Assembly (NCBI GenBank): GCA_965277115.1
Contig: CBDIBY010000010.1
Span: forward strand, 277,136 to 341,135
Direction of reading: 5' to 3'
Length of the DNA: 64,000 bases
DNA from: Lichenihabitans sp.
Lineage (GTDB): Bacteria > Pseudomonadota > Alphaproteobacteria > Rhizobiales > Beijerinckiaceae
The notes below the pieces were generated by a model. It was not told where the DNA came from and made no database searches. It saw nothing but the letters and a program-made list of their open reading frames with translations. Positions within the stretch are counted from its first letter, which is position 1. Each line of letters begins with the position of its first letter. This document shows positions 62,678 through 64,000 of this stretch, piece by piece. Position numbers and translations under genes: made by a program.

Positions 62678-63910
62678 CTACCATTTGCGGCCGTTGCGGT
62701 TCGGGCCGAGTTGCGTGGCGAAGAGATGCCGCTCCGGCCAGGCCTCGATGGCATCCTTGTCGCTGCCGTCGCGATGTGCCTTTGGCAGGACGAAACGCGC
62801 CGCCGCGACCTCGATCCTGTCCTCGGCGACGCCTCCGGCAGCGGTCTCGGCGCGCACGGCGAGGCCGAACCTTTGTCCGCCGGGCGAGCGCGCCCGCGTC
62901 CGCCAAAGATGGTCGCCCCTCGGCGGCGGATCCATCGGCTGCCAGGGACCCTCGTCGATCTGGCAGCGGCAGGCCGCCACCCGATTCGACCCAAAGACGA
63001 CCGCGTGAACCTCGAAGGCATCGGTGACGACCTGAGCGGGGTCGTCCTGGTCGATGACGAGGCGGCGGTCGGCCGGCGCGGTGATCATCACGACCGGGAA
63101 AGCCTCCGCCAGCGGCTTGAACTGCCAGCTCACCACGCCGCCGTCGATCGCGGCGAGGCTGTAGCCGACCGGCCCTTCCTCGATCTGACCGGTCGAACGG
63201 GTGGCCGCGAGGATCGTGCGGCCGTCGTTGGCGAGCTCGTTGTAATGGGTATGGCCCATGTCGACGAGCCGCACATGGCGGGCGGCGAGCAGTCGATTGA
63301 GCGTGGCTTTCTCCCCGGTCAGGACGAGGTCGGCCGGATAGGCGTGCATGAAGACGGCGGCCGGCTGTCCCGCAGCCTCGGCCGAGGCCAGTTGCGCCTC
63401 GACCCAGGCGAGTTGCGCGTCGCCGAGCCGAAAGTCCGGACCGCCCCTGCCCGGGCCGCACATGTCGAGGAACAGGCAGCGGATTCCGCCATGGGTGACC
63501 GAGAAGGGCAGCACCGGGAACCGGCGCCCGCCGGCATGGGCGCCCAAGAAATTGTCGAGATTGCCCGACGCCATCTCATGGTCGCCGGTGATCGCATAAA
63601 CCGGCGGGCTGAGGAGCTTCAGCGCGGTGTGGACGAGCGCGTATTCGCCAGGCATTCCATTATCGGCGACGTCCCCGGGTAGATAGACGAAGTCCAGACG
63701 GTCCCGGCACTGCAGCTCGATCTCCGCCGCGATGGCGAGGAGATCGGTGAAATGCTGCTCCTTCGGCGAGGTCAGATGCAGGTCGCCAAGATGGGCATAG
63801 ATCAGGAGTGGTCCTGTTGAACCCATAGGAGAAATCCATGGCGGATCGGAAAGGGATTTTTCTAGCGGCCGGCCGAGTTCCGCGACCCACTGACGCGGTC
63901 GATCGGGCAT
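62678..63910 (-). CDS. Calcineurin-like metallophosphoesterase with extra C-terminal domain
   Basis: Motif series HLGDLH, LPGDVADNG, ITGDHE, FMHAYP and GHTHYNE. A further ~140-aa C-terminal region is of unknown fold. An alternative start is Met29 (63826). Confidence 0.75.
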   Translation of the reverse strand: MPDRPRQWVAELGRPLEKSLSDPPWISPMGSTGPLLIYAHLGDLHLTSPKEQHFTDLLAIAAEIELQCRDRLDFVYLPGDVADNGMPGEYALVHTALKLLSPPVYAITGDHEMASGNLDNFLGAHAGGRRFPVLPFSVTHGGIRCLFLDMCGPGRGGPDFRLGDAQLAWVEAQLASAEAAGQPAAVFMHAYPADLVLTGEKATLNRLLAARHVRLVDMGHTHYNELANDGRTILAATRSTGQIEEGPVGYSLAAIDGGVVSWQFKPLAEAFPVVMITAPADRRLVIDQDDPAQVVTDAFEVHAVVFGSNRVAACRCQIDEGPWQPMDPPPRGDHLWRTRARSPGGQRFGLAVRAETAAGGVAEDRIEVAAARFVLPKAHRDGSDKDAIEAWPERHLFATQLGPNRNGRKW

Positions 63911-64000
63911 CGGACGCGCCCGGCACCGACGCCGGTCTATTCAGTGGCAGACAACTCACACTGAATCGAATCGTTCAGCTTCAGTTCAGAAAAAGCCTGC

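Overview
This is a high-G+C chromosomal segment. Hand-counted 100-nt samples give about 62% G+C in ordinary genes. Gene content and flagellar gene order look like an alphaproteobacterium of the Rhizobiales type. I support about 62 genes and one tRNA. I see no rRNA, CRISPR array, transposase, integrase or phage genes.

Layout:
- (i) 1-13.4 kb: a Wzx/Wzy-type exopolysaccharide cluster. It holds a partial flippase at the left edge, a Tat-signal GH5 glucanase, PMM/PGM, GDP-mannose synthesis, GT26 and GT4 transferases, a polymerase, an ExoP-like co-polymerase, and then a roughly 0.7-kb AT-rich divergent control region. The divergent arm has an ExoY-like priming transferase and an ExoF/Wza-like exporter.
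- (ii) 13.6-35.0 kb: 19 genes, all on the minus strand. In order: HutC-type GntR regulator, a three-subunit Mo-hydroxylase whose small subunit is fused to CoxG, a complete F420 operon (npdG-cofE-cofD-cofC-fbiC), CoA-transferase A/B, a luciferase-like oxidoreductase, an SBP, DUF1989, LivHMGF and an M20 hydrolase. Related AT-rich palindromes recur in its intergenic gaps. This is the most interesting part of the window.
- (iii) 35.1-37.0 kb: an Lrp regulator divergent from a diaminopropionate ammonia-lyase.
- (iv) 37.1-43.8 kb: DeoR regulator, sugar ABC transporter, an M42-like hydrolase and a PfkB kinase.
- (v) 43.97-49.0 kb: tRNA-Arg(UCG), a desaturase/XRE pair, an LMW phosphatase, IalB, a FadR-type GntR regulator and an SDR.
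- (vi) 49.0-57.4 kb: a divergent flagellar module. One arm is flgF-fliI-orf; the other is motA-fliM-fliN-fliG-flhB-orf-PilZ.
- (vii) 57.7-59.9 kb: ffh, a small acidic ORF, and rpsP.
- (viii) 60.0-63.9 kb: a metallophosphoesterase, an ArsB/NhaD-family permease and an MFS transporter.

Caveats:
- The ORF track uses longest ORFs and accepts GTG/TTG as M. Many listed ORFs therefore carry spurious Arg/Pro-rich N-terminal extensions, and many long antisense shadow ORFs are not genes.
- I trimmed starts using internal Met/GTG/TTG codons, Shine-Dalgarno matches and stop/start overlaps read directly from the sequence.
- All functional calls come from motif and family recognition by eye. No searches were run.
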